From contig CAWDVE010000010.1 of NCBI GenBank assembly GCA_963805625.1, forward strand, positions 1,472,001-1,536,000: a stretch of 64,000 nt of DNA, read 5' to 3'. A program made the translations under genes and the position numbers. The notes under the pieces are model-generated. The model did not search any database, had not been told where the DNA came from, and saw nothing but the letters and a program-made list of their open reading frames with translations. The DNA comes from an uncultured Candidatus Rokubacteria bacterium (GTDB lineage Bacteria; Methylomirabilota; Methylomirabilia; Rokubacteriales; DASRDR01). Below, in pieces: positions 10,121-19,022 of this stretch. Numbering within the stretch: position 1 is the stretch's first letter; the number at the start of each line of letters is the position of its first letter.

Positions 10121-10659
10121 GCTTCCCTCCGCGCCGCGCGCATGCGCTCCGCGGCGAGCTGGATGGCGCGGATGATCTTGACGTAGCCGGTGCAGCGGCA
10201 GAGGTTTCCCTCGAGACCGGCTCGGATCTCGATCTCGCTGGGCTCGGGCGTCGCCTCGAGGAGGCCCGCGGCGGCCATGATCATCCCCGCGGTGCAGAAT
10301 CCGCACTGGGCGCCGCCCTCCTCCAGGAACCCCTGCTGGACCGGGTGGAGAGACGGCGGGCGCTCATCCATCCGTGCCGAGCGCGCATGCCACCGGGCCG
10401 CCAGGCCCTCGATCGTCGTCACCTCGGCGCCGTCGACGTCGAGCGCCAGGATGAGACACGACGTGGCGGGCCGGCCGTCGACCAGGACAGTGCAGGCGCC
10501 GCAGTCGCCCGTGTCGCATGCGAGGTTCGTCCCGGTGAGGCGAAGATCGCCGCGAAGACACTCGAGGAGCGTGCGGGAGCCCGGCACTTCGCGGCGCACC
10601 CGGCGCCCGTTGACCGTCAGCTCAAGCGGGTAGCGATCCGCCACGGCCGGATCACCCAT
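10117..10659 (-). CDS. XDH-family (2Fe-2S)-binding small subunit (CoxS-like)
   Basis: CDTGDCGACTV..SC, QCGFCTAG, GNLCRCTGY. Confidence 0.92.
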   Translation of the reverse strand: MGDPAVADRYPLELTVNGRRVRREVPGSRTLLECLRGDLRLTGTNLACDTGDCGACTVLVDGRPATSCLILALDVDGAEVTTIEGLAARWHARSARMDERPPSLHPVQQGFLEEGGAQCGFCTAGMIMAAAGLLEATPEPSEIEIRAGLEGNLCRCTGYVKIIRAIQLAAERMRAARREA

Positions 10660-11503
10660 TGGCGAGCGCCCGCCGGACCAGGGCGCCCACCATCTCGCGG
10701 CGGTACTCCGCCGTTGCCCGCACGTCGCCGATCGGCCGCGCCGCAGCCATCGCGAGCTCGGCCGTCCGCTCGACGGCGGCCCGGCCGAGGCCACCCTCCA
10801 CGAGCGCCGCCTCGGCCGCCGGGACGCGGAGCGGCGTCGGCGCCACCGCGCCGAGCGCCAGGCGCGCCTCCGCGACGCCGCTGCCGTCGAGCCGGAGCGC
10901 GACGGCTACCCCGGCGATCGCGATGTCCATCGCGCGACGGACGTCCAGCCGCTCGTAGCGCACGATCCAGCCCGCGTGCTTCCGGGGAAACTCCAGCCAC
11001 ACGAGAAGCTCGGCCGCCGCGAGCGCCGTCTGTCCGGGTCCCTGGAAGAAGCGATCGAGGGAGAGCCGCCGCGCCCCGGCCGGACCGACGATCCCGACGT
11101 CGGCGTCCAGGACGAGCAGCACCGGCGACAGGTCGGCCGCCGGCGAGGCGTTGCAGAGGTTCCCCCCGACCGTGGCGAGATGCCGGATCGCAGGCGACCC
11201 CATGTAGCGCGCCGTGAACGGCAGCACTGGGTACTCGGCCTGGATGATCGGGTGCTCGATCAGCGCCGCGAGCGTGGTGAGGGCGCCGATACGGATTGCG
11301 CTCCCGCTCACCTCGATACGGCCCAGCCCCGGGATGCGCTTGACGTTGATGACCGCGGGCGGGCGCTTCCCCCGCTGCGGCTGGCGGAGGTGCACCATGA
11401 GATCCGTGCCGCCCGCCAGGACCGCGGCGCGCGGCTCCGCGGCGAGGAGCCGGCACGCCTCCTCGAGCGTCGCGGGGCGGTGATAGGCGAACGAGGGCCT
11501 CAG
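10652..11503 (-). CDS. XDH-family FAD-binding medium subunit (CoxM-like), apparent CTG start
   Basis: Conserved N-terminus FAYHRPATLEEA..LAGGTDL lies upstream of the called Met; ATVGGNLCNASPAAD; DVRATAEYR. Confidence 0.88.
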   Translation of the reverse strand: MRPSFAYHRPATLEEACRLLAAEPRAAVLAGGTDLMVHLRQPQRGKRPPAVINVKRIPGLGRIEVSGSAIRIGALTTLAALIEHPIIQAEYPVLPFTARYMGSPAIRHLATVGGNLCNASPAADLSPVLLVLDADVGIVGPAGARRLSLDRFFQGPGQTALAAAELLVWLEFPRKHAGWIVRYERLDVRRAMDIAIAGVAVALRLDGSGVAEARLALGAVAPTPLRVPAAEAALVEGGLGRAAVERTAELAMAAARPIGDVRATAEYRREMVGALVRRALANG

Positions 11504-11550
11504 GCGTCCTCCTCAGCGGCTCGTCGGCGCCAGTCTAGCATCGGGTCACG

Positions 11551-12744
11551 TTAGATGATGACCCGCTGCTGACGGAGAAGGTCGATCCGCTCGAGCGAGT
11601 ATCCCAGGAGCTCCCGGAGCACCGGGTCGGTGTCCTCGCCGAGCGCGCGAGGCGGGGCGGGTCGGAACGGCGGCGCCCCGTCTGCCTTGACCGGCGTGCC
11701 GAGGGTGCTGAGCGTCCCCAGCGTCGGGTGCTCGAGCTCCACCACCATCTCGCGAAGCAGCACCTGCGGATCGCTGACGACCCGGTCCACCGTGTTGATC
11801 GGTGCGACGGGCACGCCCTCCCGCTGCAAGCGGGCAAGCCACTCGGCGGTCGTCCGCGCCGGGAACACGGCCTCGAGCCCGGGAACGAGCTCCTCGCGCC
11901 GCTCCACCCGCTTCAGGTTCGAGTCGAACCGCGGATCGGCCGCGAGCTCGGGGCGCTCGATCGCCCGGCAGAAGCTCGCCCAGAACTTCTCCGCGAACAC
12001 CGCGACCACCACGTGGCCGTCCCGCGTCGGGAACGCCTGGTAGGGAACCACCGATGCGTGGCCCGAGCCGACGCGACCCGGCACCCGCCCATCCGCCCAG
12101 AAATACTGGGCGATGTACGTCAGGAGCGAGACCTGGCAGTCGAGGAGCGAGAGGTCGAAGTGCGTCCCCTCGCCGGTCTGCGTGCGCCGGAACAGGGCAC
12201 TCGCCACGGCAAGCGCGCCGAACATCCCACCTGCCAGGTCGCCCATCGGAAGCCCCATCCGCGCCGGGGGCCGGCCGGCCTCACCCGTGAGGCTCATCGC
12301 GCCGCCCATGGCCTGGAGCGCGAGGTCAAAGGCGGGCCACTCGCGATACGGCCCTTGCTGGCCGAAGGCCGAGATCGAGCAGACCACGAGTCGAGGGTTG
12401 AGCCGGCGGAGCGTCTCCGGCGCGCACCCGAGCCGGGCCATCACGCCCGGGCGGAAGTTCTCCCACACGACGTCGGACACCCGGCAGAGATCGTGGAAGA
12501 CCGCCTGCCCCTCCGGCGTCTCGAGGTCGAGGGCGACGCTCTTCTTGTTCCGGTTGACCGAGAGGAAGTACGCGCTCTCGCGGTCGGATCCGAGGAACGG
12601 CGGCCCCATCGCGCGCATCGGGTCCCCGCCCTGCGGTTCCTCGATCTTGATGACCTCCGCCCCGAGGTCGGCCAGGAGCATTGACCCGTAGGGCCCGGCC
12701 AGCATGCGCGAGAGGTCGAGCACGCGGACGCCGGCGAGCAGCAT
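11551..12744 (-). CDS. Class III CoA-transferase (CaiB/BaiF family)
   Basis: LAGVRVLDLSRMLAGPY, LADLGAEVIKIE, NRNKKS, ENFRPG, catalytic Asp in MGDLAGG. Confidence 0.93.
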   Translation of the reverse strand: MLLAGVRVLDLSRMLAGPYGSMLLADLGAEVIKIEEPQGGDPMRAMGPPFLGSDRESAYFLSVNRNKKSVALDLETPEGQAVFHDLCRVSDVVWENFRPGVMARLGCAPETLRRLNPRLVVCSISAFGQQGPYREWPAFDLALQAMGGAMSLTGEAGRPPARMGLPMGDLAGGMFGALAVASALFRRTQTGEGTHFDLSLLDCQVSLLTYIAQYFWADGRVPGRVGSGHASVVPYQAFPTRDGHVVVAVFAEKFWASFCRAIERPELAADPRFDSNLKRVERREELVPGLEAVFPARTTAEWLARLQREGVPVAPINTVDRVVSDPQVLLREMVVELEHPTLGTLSTLGTPVKADGAPPFRPAPPRALGEDTDPVLRELLGYSLERIDLLRQQRVII

Positions 12745-12754
12745 CAGTCCCGTC

Positions 12755-13528
12755 TCACCGCCGCCGGGCCAGCACGTCGTAGGAGGGCTGATCGGCCTGA
12801 AACGAGACGCCGGCGCCATCGTAGAGGTCGGTGACGACGACCACGTCGAATCCGTGGCGCCGGAGGGCCGCCTCGACCTCCTCCACCGTGTAGAGCCGCA
12901 TCACGTGGCGCTCGTGGGCGACGTGGTGCGGCGTCTCGAGCGTGAGATCGACCGAGAGGGTGCGGGCCGCCTCGTCGAACCGCCCGCGGCTGTCGGCCGC
13001 GATGCGCCCGCCCGCCAGCACCCGCGAGTTGCGGAACGTGTAGCGCCGGCGGCCGGCCGGCGTGATGAAGTCGAAGAGGAAGAGGCCGCCCGGCCGGACG
13101 CGGTCCCGGAGCTTCACGAGGAACCCGTCGAGCCCGCCGTGCTGCGCGCCGACGTACGCGACGACGTCGTCGATGGCGGTGACGAGGTCGAACGCCGGCG
13201 ACGGACGCAGACAGTCGACGGTCCCGCACACCCGGGCAAGTCGGCCTCCCGCGCCCTCGAGCCGCGCCCGCGCGAGCATCTGGTGGAGCATGTCCAGACA
13301 CACCGACCGGAACCCGGCACGCGCCCAGTACCGGCTGTACCGGCAGGTCCCCGCCCCCACGTCGAGGTGGCGCCCGGCCCGGAGCCCGGCCGCCGCGACC
13401 AGTCCCGAGGCGCCGGCGAACCATCGGCGGATCCCTCGGGGCTCGAAAAGCTGAGCGAAGTAGGGCGCGAGCGTCGCGTACGGCCGCTCGGGGAGCAACG
13501 AGGCCACCGGCGAGGACGAGGCGCTCAC
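12755..13528 (-). CDS. Class I SAM-dependent methyltransferase
   Basis: HLDVGAGT motif I, MLARAR, RPGGLFLFD. Confidence 0.8.
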   Translation of the reverse strand: MSASSSPVASLLPERPYATLAPYFAQLFEPRGIRRWFAGASGLVAAAGLRAGRHLDVGAGTCRYSRYWARAGFRSVCLDMLHQMLARARLEGAGGRLARVCGTVDCLRPSPAFDLVTAIDDVVAYVGAQHGGLDGFLVKLRDRVRPGGLFLFDFITPAGRRRYTFRNSRVLAGGRIAADSRGRFDEAARTLSVDLTLETPHHVAHERHVMRLYTVEEVEAALRRHGFDVVVVTDLYDGAGVSFQADQPSYDVLARRR

Positions 13529-14253
13529 GCCTTGCGCCCGCACACGCTGAGGACGATCTGGGCGCAGACGAACCGGCCGGAGCGGTCAGCCTCGATCAGG
13601 CTCTCCACCCATCGGGTGGCGTCGGCGGGTGCGATCGCCCCGCCGGCGACGGCCCGGTCGGCCTTGTCGCGGAGCTTCAGCACCTCCTCGTCGTATGCGA
13701 TCGCGAGGGCCGCGTAGGGGGTGACCGCGATCGACCCCAGTCCCGCGTCGAGAAACAGCCCTGGGAGCTTCCGCCCCACCTGGCCGCACTCCATCCGGTC
13801 CGCGTGGTGCGCGAGGATCCGGCGGGTGAGCTCGAGATCGACCGCCTCCACGAACAGGCTGTCGTAGTCGGTATCGCACACCACCACGCGCCCGCCCGAT
13901 CTCGTCACCCGCACCATCTCGCCGAGGGCCTTCGAGGGATCGACCAGGTGGTGGAACACGCGGTCGGCCCGGCACGCGTCGAAGGTCTCGTCCTCGAATG
14001 GGATCGCGTACGCGTCGCCGACACGGAAGTCCACGGGCCGCGGCAGGCCGAGGGTCCGGGCGCGCGCCTCGCGGATCTTGTCCTCGCTCGCGTCGATGCC
14101 AGTCGCGGACACACCCGGCGCCCGGCCCGCGATGGTCCGGACGTCCTCGCCGGTGCCGCAGCCGACGTCGAGGACGTGGTCCCCACCGGCGAGGGCGAGC
14201 AGCTCGAAGCTCCGCGCCTTGTAGCCGAGCCAAGCGGCCTCAACGGTCCCCAC
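13525..14253 (-). CDS. Class I SAM-dependent methyltransferase (UbiE-like)
   Basis: VLDVGCGTG, GDAYAIPFEDETFD, EMVRVTRSGG; GTG start with AAGGA RBS just after the mutase stop. Confidence 0.85.
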   Translation of the reverse strand: MGTVEAAWLGYKARSFELLALAGGDHVLDVGCGTGEDVRTIAGRAPGVSATGIDASEDKIREARARTLGLPRPVDFRVGDAYAIPFEDETFDACRADRVFHHLVDPSKALGEMVRVTRSGGRVVVCDTDYDSLFVEAVDLELTRRILAHHADRMECGQVGRKLPGLFLDAGLGSIAVTPYAALAIAYDEEVLKLRDKADRAVAGGAIAPADATRWVESLIEADRSGRFVCAQIVLSVCGRKA

Positions 14254-14261
14254 GGCGTCCT

Positions 14262-15887
14262 TCAGAAGGCGGTCTGTTCCTTGTGCTCGCCCCACACGTC
14301 GCGGAGGGCGTTGGCCATCTCCCCCAGCGTGGCGTAGGCCCGCACCGCCTCGAGGATCGGCGGCATGAGGTTGTCGCGACCGCGGGCGGCGTCGCGGAGA
14401 CGCGCGACCGCCTGGTCCACGGCGCCCTGCTCCCGCTCGCGGCGAAGGCGCTTGAGCCGCGCGACCTGCGCCTCGGCGACCCGGGCGTCGAACGCGTAGA
14501 GCTCGATGGCCTCCGACGCGTCGCGCCCGGCATCCGGGGCGACGTGGCGGTTCACCCCAACCTTCGGGTACTCGCCGGAGAGCATCATCTGCTCGAACCG
14601 GTAGGCCTGGCGGGCGACTTCCGCCTGAATGGCGCCCGACTTGACGGCCTCGATGATCCCACCCATCCGCTCGACCCGCTCCATCTCGGCTCGGATCCGC
14701 GCCTCCATCTCGTTGGTCAGCGTCTCGACGAAGTAGGAGCCGGCCAGAGGGTCGACCGTGTCGGCCACGCCTGTCTCCTCCGCGCAGATCTGCATGGTGC
14801 GGAGGGCGATGAGCTGGGCCTTGGGCGACGGGATCGTGTACGCCTCGTCGTACGTCGGGAGCGCGCTCGTCTGACACCCGGACAGCGCCGCCGCGAGGCT
14901 GTAGTAGGCTCCCCGCACGATGTTGTTCTCGGGCTCCTGCACCGTGAAGCCGGAGCCGCCCCCGCCGATCAGGGACCGGAACATCATCGACCGGGGGTTC
15001 TGCGCCCCGAAGCGCTCCTTCATCATCTGCGCGTACAGCCGGCGGCCTGCGCGAAACTTCGCGACCTCCTCGAAGAGTCGGCCCCAGCACGTGAAGTTGA
15101 ACGACAGGCGCGGCGCGAACTCGTCGACGGGCAAGCCGCGCTTCACCAAGAGGTCGGCGTACGCGGCGACGATGAGGAGCCCGTAGGCCATCTCCTGGGC
15201 GGGGGTGCACCCGGCCTCGCGGATGTGGTAGCCGCAGACCGATATGGGGTTGACTTTCGGCGCGTGCCGCGCGCAGAACTCGGCGATGTCACAGACCAGG
15301 CGGAGCGAGGGATCGACCGGGTACACCCACGTCCCGCGGGCGACGAATTCCTTGAGGATGTCGTTCTGGGGCGTGGTCACGACCCGGTCCCAGGCGACGC
15401 CCTGCTTCTCCGCCACCACGAAGAACATCGCCTGGATGAAGGCCGCCATGGAGTTGATCGTGAACGAGATGGACACCCGGTCGGCGGCGATGCCGTCGAA
15501 CGCCTCCTCCATGTCGAGGAGGGAGTCGATCGCCATCCCCACCCGGCCCACCTCGCCCTCGGCGCGCGGGTCGTCGGAGTCGAGCCCGAGCTGCGTCGGC
15601 AGGTCGAAGGCGACGTTGAGCGCGTCCTGGCCGTGGGCCATGAGGTACTTGAAGCGCGCGTTCGTCTCTGCCGGTGTCCCGAAGCCGATGTACTGCCGCA
15701 TGGTCCACACGCGCGCGCGGTACATGTGGGGATGGATTCCCCGCGTGAAGGGGTACTCGCCGGGATCGCCGAGGTCGCGCCTGTAGTCGAGCCCCGCCAC
15801 GTCGGCGGGCCCGTACACGGGTTTCACCTCGATCCCGTCGAGGTAGGTCACGTCCCGAAGCTTCCTGTCCCCACGCGGCTCCGCCAT
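14262..15887 (-). CDS. B12-dependent acyl-CoA mutase, large (substrate-binding) subunit, methylmalonyl-CoA mutase family
   Basis: PGEYPFTRG, WTMRQYIGFG, AFDLPTQLGLDSD, QNDILKE, GYHIRE, EEVAKFRAGR, DPLAGSYFVE. Confidence 0.93.
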   Translation of the reverse strand: MAEPRGDRKLRDVTYLDGIEVKPVYGPADVAGLDYRRDLGDPGEYPFTRGIHPHMYRARVWTMRQYIGFGTPAETNARFKYLMAHGQDALNVAFDLPTQLGLDSDDPRAEGEVGRVGMAIDSLLDMEEAFDGIAADRVSISFTINSMAAFIQAMFFVVAEKQGVAWDRVVTTPQNDILKEFVARGTWVYPVDPSLRLVCDIAEFCARHAPKVNPISVCGYHIREAGCTPAQEMAYGLLIVAAYADLLVKRGLPVDEFAPRLSFNFTCWGRLFEEVAKFRAGRRLYAQMMKERFGAQNPRSMMFRSLIGGGGSGFTVQEPENNIVRGAYYSLAAALSGCQTSALPTYDEAYTIPSPKAQLIALRTMQICAEETGVADTVDPLAGSYFVETLTNEMEARIRAEMERVERMGGIIEAVKSGAIQAEVARQAYRFEQMMLSGEYPKVGVNRHVAPDAGRDASEAIELYAFDARVAEAQVARLKRLRREREQGAVDQAVARLRDAARGRDNLMPPILEAVRAYATLGEMANALRDVWGEHKEQTAF

Positions 15888-15900
15888 CGACCCGCCCTCC

Positions 15901-16305
15901 CTACGCGTCCGCCCGCCGGTACGATCGGAAGTAGGACACGATCTCGGGCAGCGGCGTTCCCATCGGGAAGACGGCGTGCACCCCCATCGCCCGGAGCGCC
16001 GCGGCGTCGCGCGCGGGAATCGTGCCGCCCACCACGACCGCGACGTCACCAGCGTCCGCCGCCCGGAGCCGCTCGAGAAGACGCCCCGACAGCGTGAGGT
16101 GCGCTCCCGAGAGCACCGACAGGCCGATGACGTCCACGTCCTCCTGGACCGCCTCGGCAACCAGCTCGTCGGGCGTCCGCTTGAGCCCCGAGTACACGAC
16201 CTCGATCCCGGCGTCCCGGAGCGCGTGCGCAACGACCTTGGCCCCGCGGTCGTGCCCGTCGAGACCCGGCTTCGCGATCAGCACCCTGAGCGGACGGTCC
16301 GTCAC
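15901..16305 (-). CDS. Cobalamin-binding small subunit of acyl-CoA mutase
   Basis: [14 protein letters not shown] (DxHxxG), [15 protein letters not shown]. Confidence 0.93.
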   Translation of the reverse strand: MTDRPLRVLIAKPGLDGHDRGAKVVAHALRDAGIEVVYSGLKRTPDELVAEAVQEDVDVIGLSVLSGAHLTLSGRLLERLRAADAGDVAVVVGGTIPARDAAALRAMGVHAVFPMGTPLPEIVSYFRSYRRADA

Positions 16306-16784
16306 CCTGGTGTCACGGCCGGCGTGAAGGCCGGCAGGTAGCGCGGCTGCCCCTGCGGATCGTCGGCGACCCGGACTGGCGCGAACCTGACGCGAGCGCC
16401 CACCGCGAGAGCGGCCGGATCCGCGACGCCCACGAGGGGCGCGAAGACGCGGAGCCCCGCCACGTCGATGATCGCGAACACGAGGGGCCTCGTGAAGCCC
16501 GCCGGCACGCCGGTCTCCTGGACGCTGAAACCGTGGACCCGGCCGTCCGGCGGGAGATCCACCCAGTCGAACGCGTCGGACGTGCACGCGGGACAGAAGC
16601 CGCGCGGTGGCCAGTCAATCCGGCCGCAACCCCCGCACCGGGTCGTGGTCAGGCGCCCCTCCGCGAGGTGCGTGTAGAAGGGGTGGAGCTTGTTGTGCTC
16701 GGAGGATTCGAGCGGCAGGGGGTCCACCACCCGGACGTACGGCAGCCTGGTTGGGGTGCCCGGCGCGGTGGCGGGCTCCGTCAT
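16302..16784 (-). CDS. DUF35 / Zn-ribbon plus OB-fold protein (thiolase partner)
   Basis: [16 protein letters not shown] zinc ribbon followed by OB-fold [12 protein letters not shown]. Confidence 0.88.
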   Translation of the reverse strand: MTEPATAPGTPTRLPYVRVVDPLPLESSEHNKLHPFYTHLAEGRLTTTRCGGCGRIDWPPRGFCPACTSDAFDWVDLPPDGRVHGFSVQETGVPAGFTRPLVFAIIDVAGLRVFAPLVGVADPAALAVGARVRFAPVRVADDPQGQPRYLPAFTPAVTPG

Positions 16785-16850
16785 GGGATCAGCTCTCCAC
16801 GCGGCAGTCTATCATCGCCGGCGCGACCGCAGGGACGGCCGCGAGCGAGA

Positions 16851-17381
16851 TCAGCCGGTGAGAAGGCCCCGGACGAAGGCCTCCTGAACGGGCTCCTGCA
16901 TGGCGCTCGACCGGTAGATCCGCCGGAGCTCCGTCACCGGATCAATGGCCAGCCCGTGCGCCTTCAAGACAGACGCGAGCACCACGGCCGTCCGGCCGAG
17001 GCCAGCGTTGCAGTGGACCAGGATTCCGTCGCCGGCGGCCAGACGCTCCCCGACGTCGCGGAGCAGCTGCCCGAACCCCGGCTCCTCCCTCGGCACCCCG
17101 AAGTCCGCGATGGGGTACCGGCGCAGGTCGATCCGCTCGCGCGCGAGCGCCTCGAACAGTCCCGGAGCCCGCCTCGGCACCTCCCAGTCCTCGATCAGGC
17201 TCAGGACGAGCGTGACCCCTGATTCCCGCCAGGCCCGGACACCAGAGTCCACCGCGTCGGCCCTGGGCGGCTCGTCCGGATAGCTGGGCCGCCCGGCGCC
17301 CCAGAGCCGCGCCCGACGGGGCAGGACGGGGTGCACGAGCCGGAGAGGCTGTCCGACAGGAGGCGTCTCGACGGCGTTCAC
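16851..17381 (-). CDS. Dual-specificity/tyrosine protein phosphatase family protein
   Basis: CX5R motif VHCNAGLGRT and general-acid loop PIADFGVP; start approximate. Confidence 0.85.
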   Translation of the reverse strand: MNAVETPPVGQPLRLVHPVLPRRARLWGAGRPSYPDEPPRADAVDSGVRAWRESGVTLVLSLIEDWEVPRRAPGLFEALARERIDLRRYPIADFGVPREEPGFGQLLRDVGERLAAGDGILVHCNAGLGRTAVVLASVLKAHGLAIDPVTELRRIYRSSAMQEPVQEAFVRGLLTG

Positions 17382-17499
17382 CAGCGGGAGTATAGCAGCC
17401 GGAACCGGCACCGCCCGCGCGCCCTGAGGGGACCCGGCTCCGTGGACCGGACCGGGCCTCGCCGTCTCCCTCTCGCCGGGCGCGCGCGAACCCACCGTC

Positions 17500-18948
17500 A
17501 TGCGCTACACTGAAGTGACTGTGACGACCAGCTCGAGCCGAGACGGCGGCCGGAAGAAGACGCGAGGCACTACTTCTCGCGCGGCGTCGAGCGGACGAGG
17601 CAGCAGGAAGGCGGCCGCGTCCCCCCGTCGCCCGGTCGTAGAGGCGCCGCCGCCCGAGCCCGTCGTTCCAATCGTCCCGCAAGTCATCGACGAGCCCGAG
17701 CCCTTCCCGCTCCCGGTCTCCGCCGTCGAGAGCACGTTCGTCGCTCGCATGCCGCCGCCCGAGCCCGAGCGGCCACGGCCCCCCGGTCGGCGCGCGATCT
17801 TCCTCGACGTCGAGAACACGAGCCGCGCCCAGCACCTCGCCCACGTCATCGACCATCTGGGGGTCAATCCCTGGGACCGCAGGACCGAGCTCGTGGCCGT
17901 CGCGAACTGGCGGGTGGTGGGTCACGAGGCAGCGCGGCTGCTGGCGGCGCGCGGGGCCCATCTCGTGCACAGCGCCCCCTCGACGGGCGTCCGTGACTGG
18001 AGCGACCTGCGCATCGCCGTCGCGGCCGGGATCTGGCTGGCCTCGGCCCGACCCGGCGACATGATCGAGATCGTGTCCGACGACCGCGCCTTCGACGCCG
18101 TGGGAGACGTCGCCGCGAGCCTGGGGATCGAGTTCCGTCGCCTGTCGTATCGCCGTCTCAAGGAGGACTCGCCGGAAACGGTGTTGGTGGAGGAGGAGAG
18201 CCGGCCGCTTGCGACGGGCGTGAGCGCCTCAAGCTCGCGCCGCCGGCGTCGCCGCCGGGGGCGTGGCCCCGGTGGTCCCTCGCCGTTGCATGCCGGGGAG
18301 CGCCGGCCTGCCGATTCGCGGGAAGGCCCCCGGCATGGCGCCTCTGGCGGCCCGCGCGGCGGGCGGACGGGAGGCGGCAGGGGCCGCCCGGTCGGGTCCC
18401 ATGCCCCTCGGTCACAGCCCGACGCCCCCCAGACCACGGCTCCGCACGACGAGCTGGTTTCGGTGGTGCGCGGCCTCGTCGAGGGGGCGCCCAAGCGCAG
18501 CGTCAGCATCGACGCGGTGGCCAACGCGCTGAAGTCCCGGGGGTTCCAGCGGTCACCGGGCTCTCCCCGGCTCGTCACGCGGCTCCGCCGCATCAAGGAG
18601 CTCCTCGTGAGCCCGTCCGGGACGATCACGCTCGCCGAGGACGGCGCCCCGCCCGCGAGCGAACCGCAGGTCGAGAGCGAGCCCCGAGTCGAGAGCGCGG
18701 TGCAGATCGTGGTCAAGCCGATGGACGAGGCCGCCGAGATCGACGAGGCCGACGAGGACCGCCAGCCGGACTTTCTCCGCTCGCGAGAGAGCGAGCCCGA
18801 GCTGCCCGAGGTCGACGGCAACCGGGCCTTGCCCGCTCCCGGTCCTTCTGGCGCTCCGGCTGGCCCTCCGGCTCGTGGCCGCCGGCGTCGCCGCCGGCGC
18901 TGGCGCGGGGGTCCGCGCCAGTCGGTTCCGGGGTCCCAGCCGGCCTGA
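17500..18948 (+). CDS. NYN-domain (PIN-fold) ribonuclease-like protein with a putative OST-HTH domain and Arg-rich disordered regions
   Basis: AIFLDVEN, SDLRI, IVSDDRAF; helical segment IDAVANALKSRGF..RLVTRL. Confidence 0.7.
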   Translation: MRYTEVTVTTSSSRDGGRKKTRGTTSRAASSGRGSRKAAASPRRPVVEAPPPEPVVPIVPQVIDEPEPFPLPVSAVESTFVARMPPPEPERPRPPGRRAIFLDVENTSRAQHLAHVIDHLGVNPWDRRTELVAVANWRVVGHEAARLLAARGAHLVHSAPSTGVRDWSDLRIAVAAGIWLASARPGDMIEIVSDDRAFDAVGDVAASLGIEFRRLSYRRLKEDSPETVLVEEESRPLATGVSASSSRRRRRRRGRGPGGPSPLHAGERRPADSREGPRHGASGGPRGGRTGGGRGRPVGSHAPRSQPDAPQTTAPHDELVSVVRGLVEGAPKRSVSIDAVANALKSRGFQRSPGSPRLVTRLRRIKELLVSPSGTITLAEDGAPPASEPQVESEPRVESAVQIVVKPMDEAAEIDEADEDRQPDFLRSRESEPELPEVDGNRALPAPGPSGAPAGPPARGRRRRRRRWRGGPRQSVPGSQPA

Positions 18949-19022
18949 CCTGGCCGGGCCGCCCGCAGACTCGGGGGCCGCGCCCCCTCCCAGTCCGCTA
19001 CGTTCCCGTCAACCGGCGCGAC

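Noticed and set aside
7349-10186. Very long alternative-frame or antisense ORFs (also 3767..6145, 6004..7836, 13998..16097, 34158..36392, 46418..48826, 61137..63788)
   Set aside because: They are shadows of recognisable genes in high-GC DNA, where stop codons are rare. They are Arg/Pro/Gly-rich with no motifs.
7760-11503. 4-hydroxybenzoyl-CoA reductase or aerobic CO dehydrogenase
   Set aside because: The FAD subunit lacks the Cys-rich [4Fe-4S] insert of HcrB, and the large subunit lacks the AYxCSFR motif. Left as generic XDH family.
13525-15210. 561-aa methyltransferase with a long N-terminus
   Set aside because: The extension is an alternative frame of the mutase gene. The real start is the GTG at 14253.
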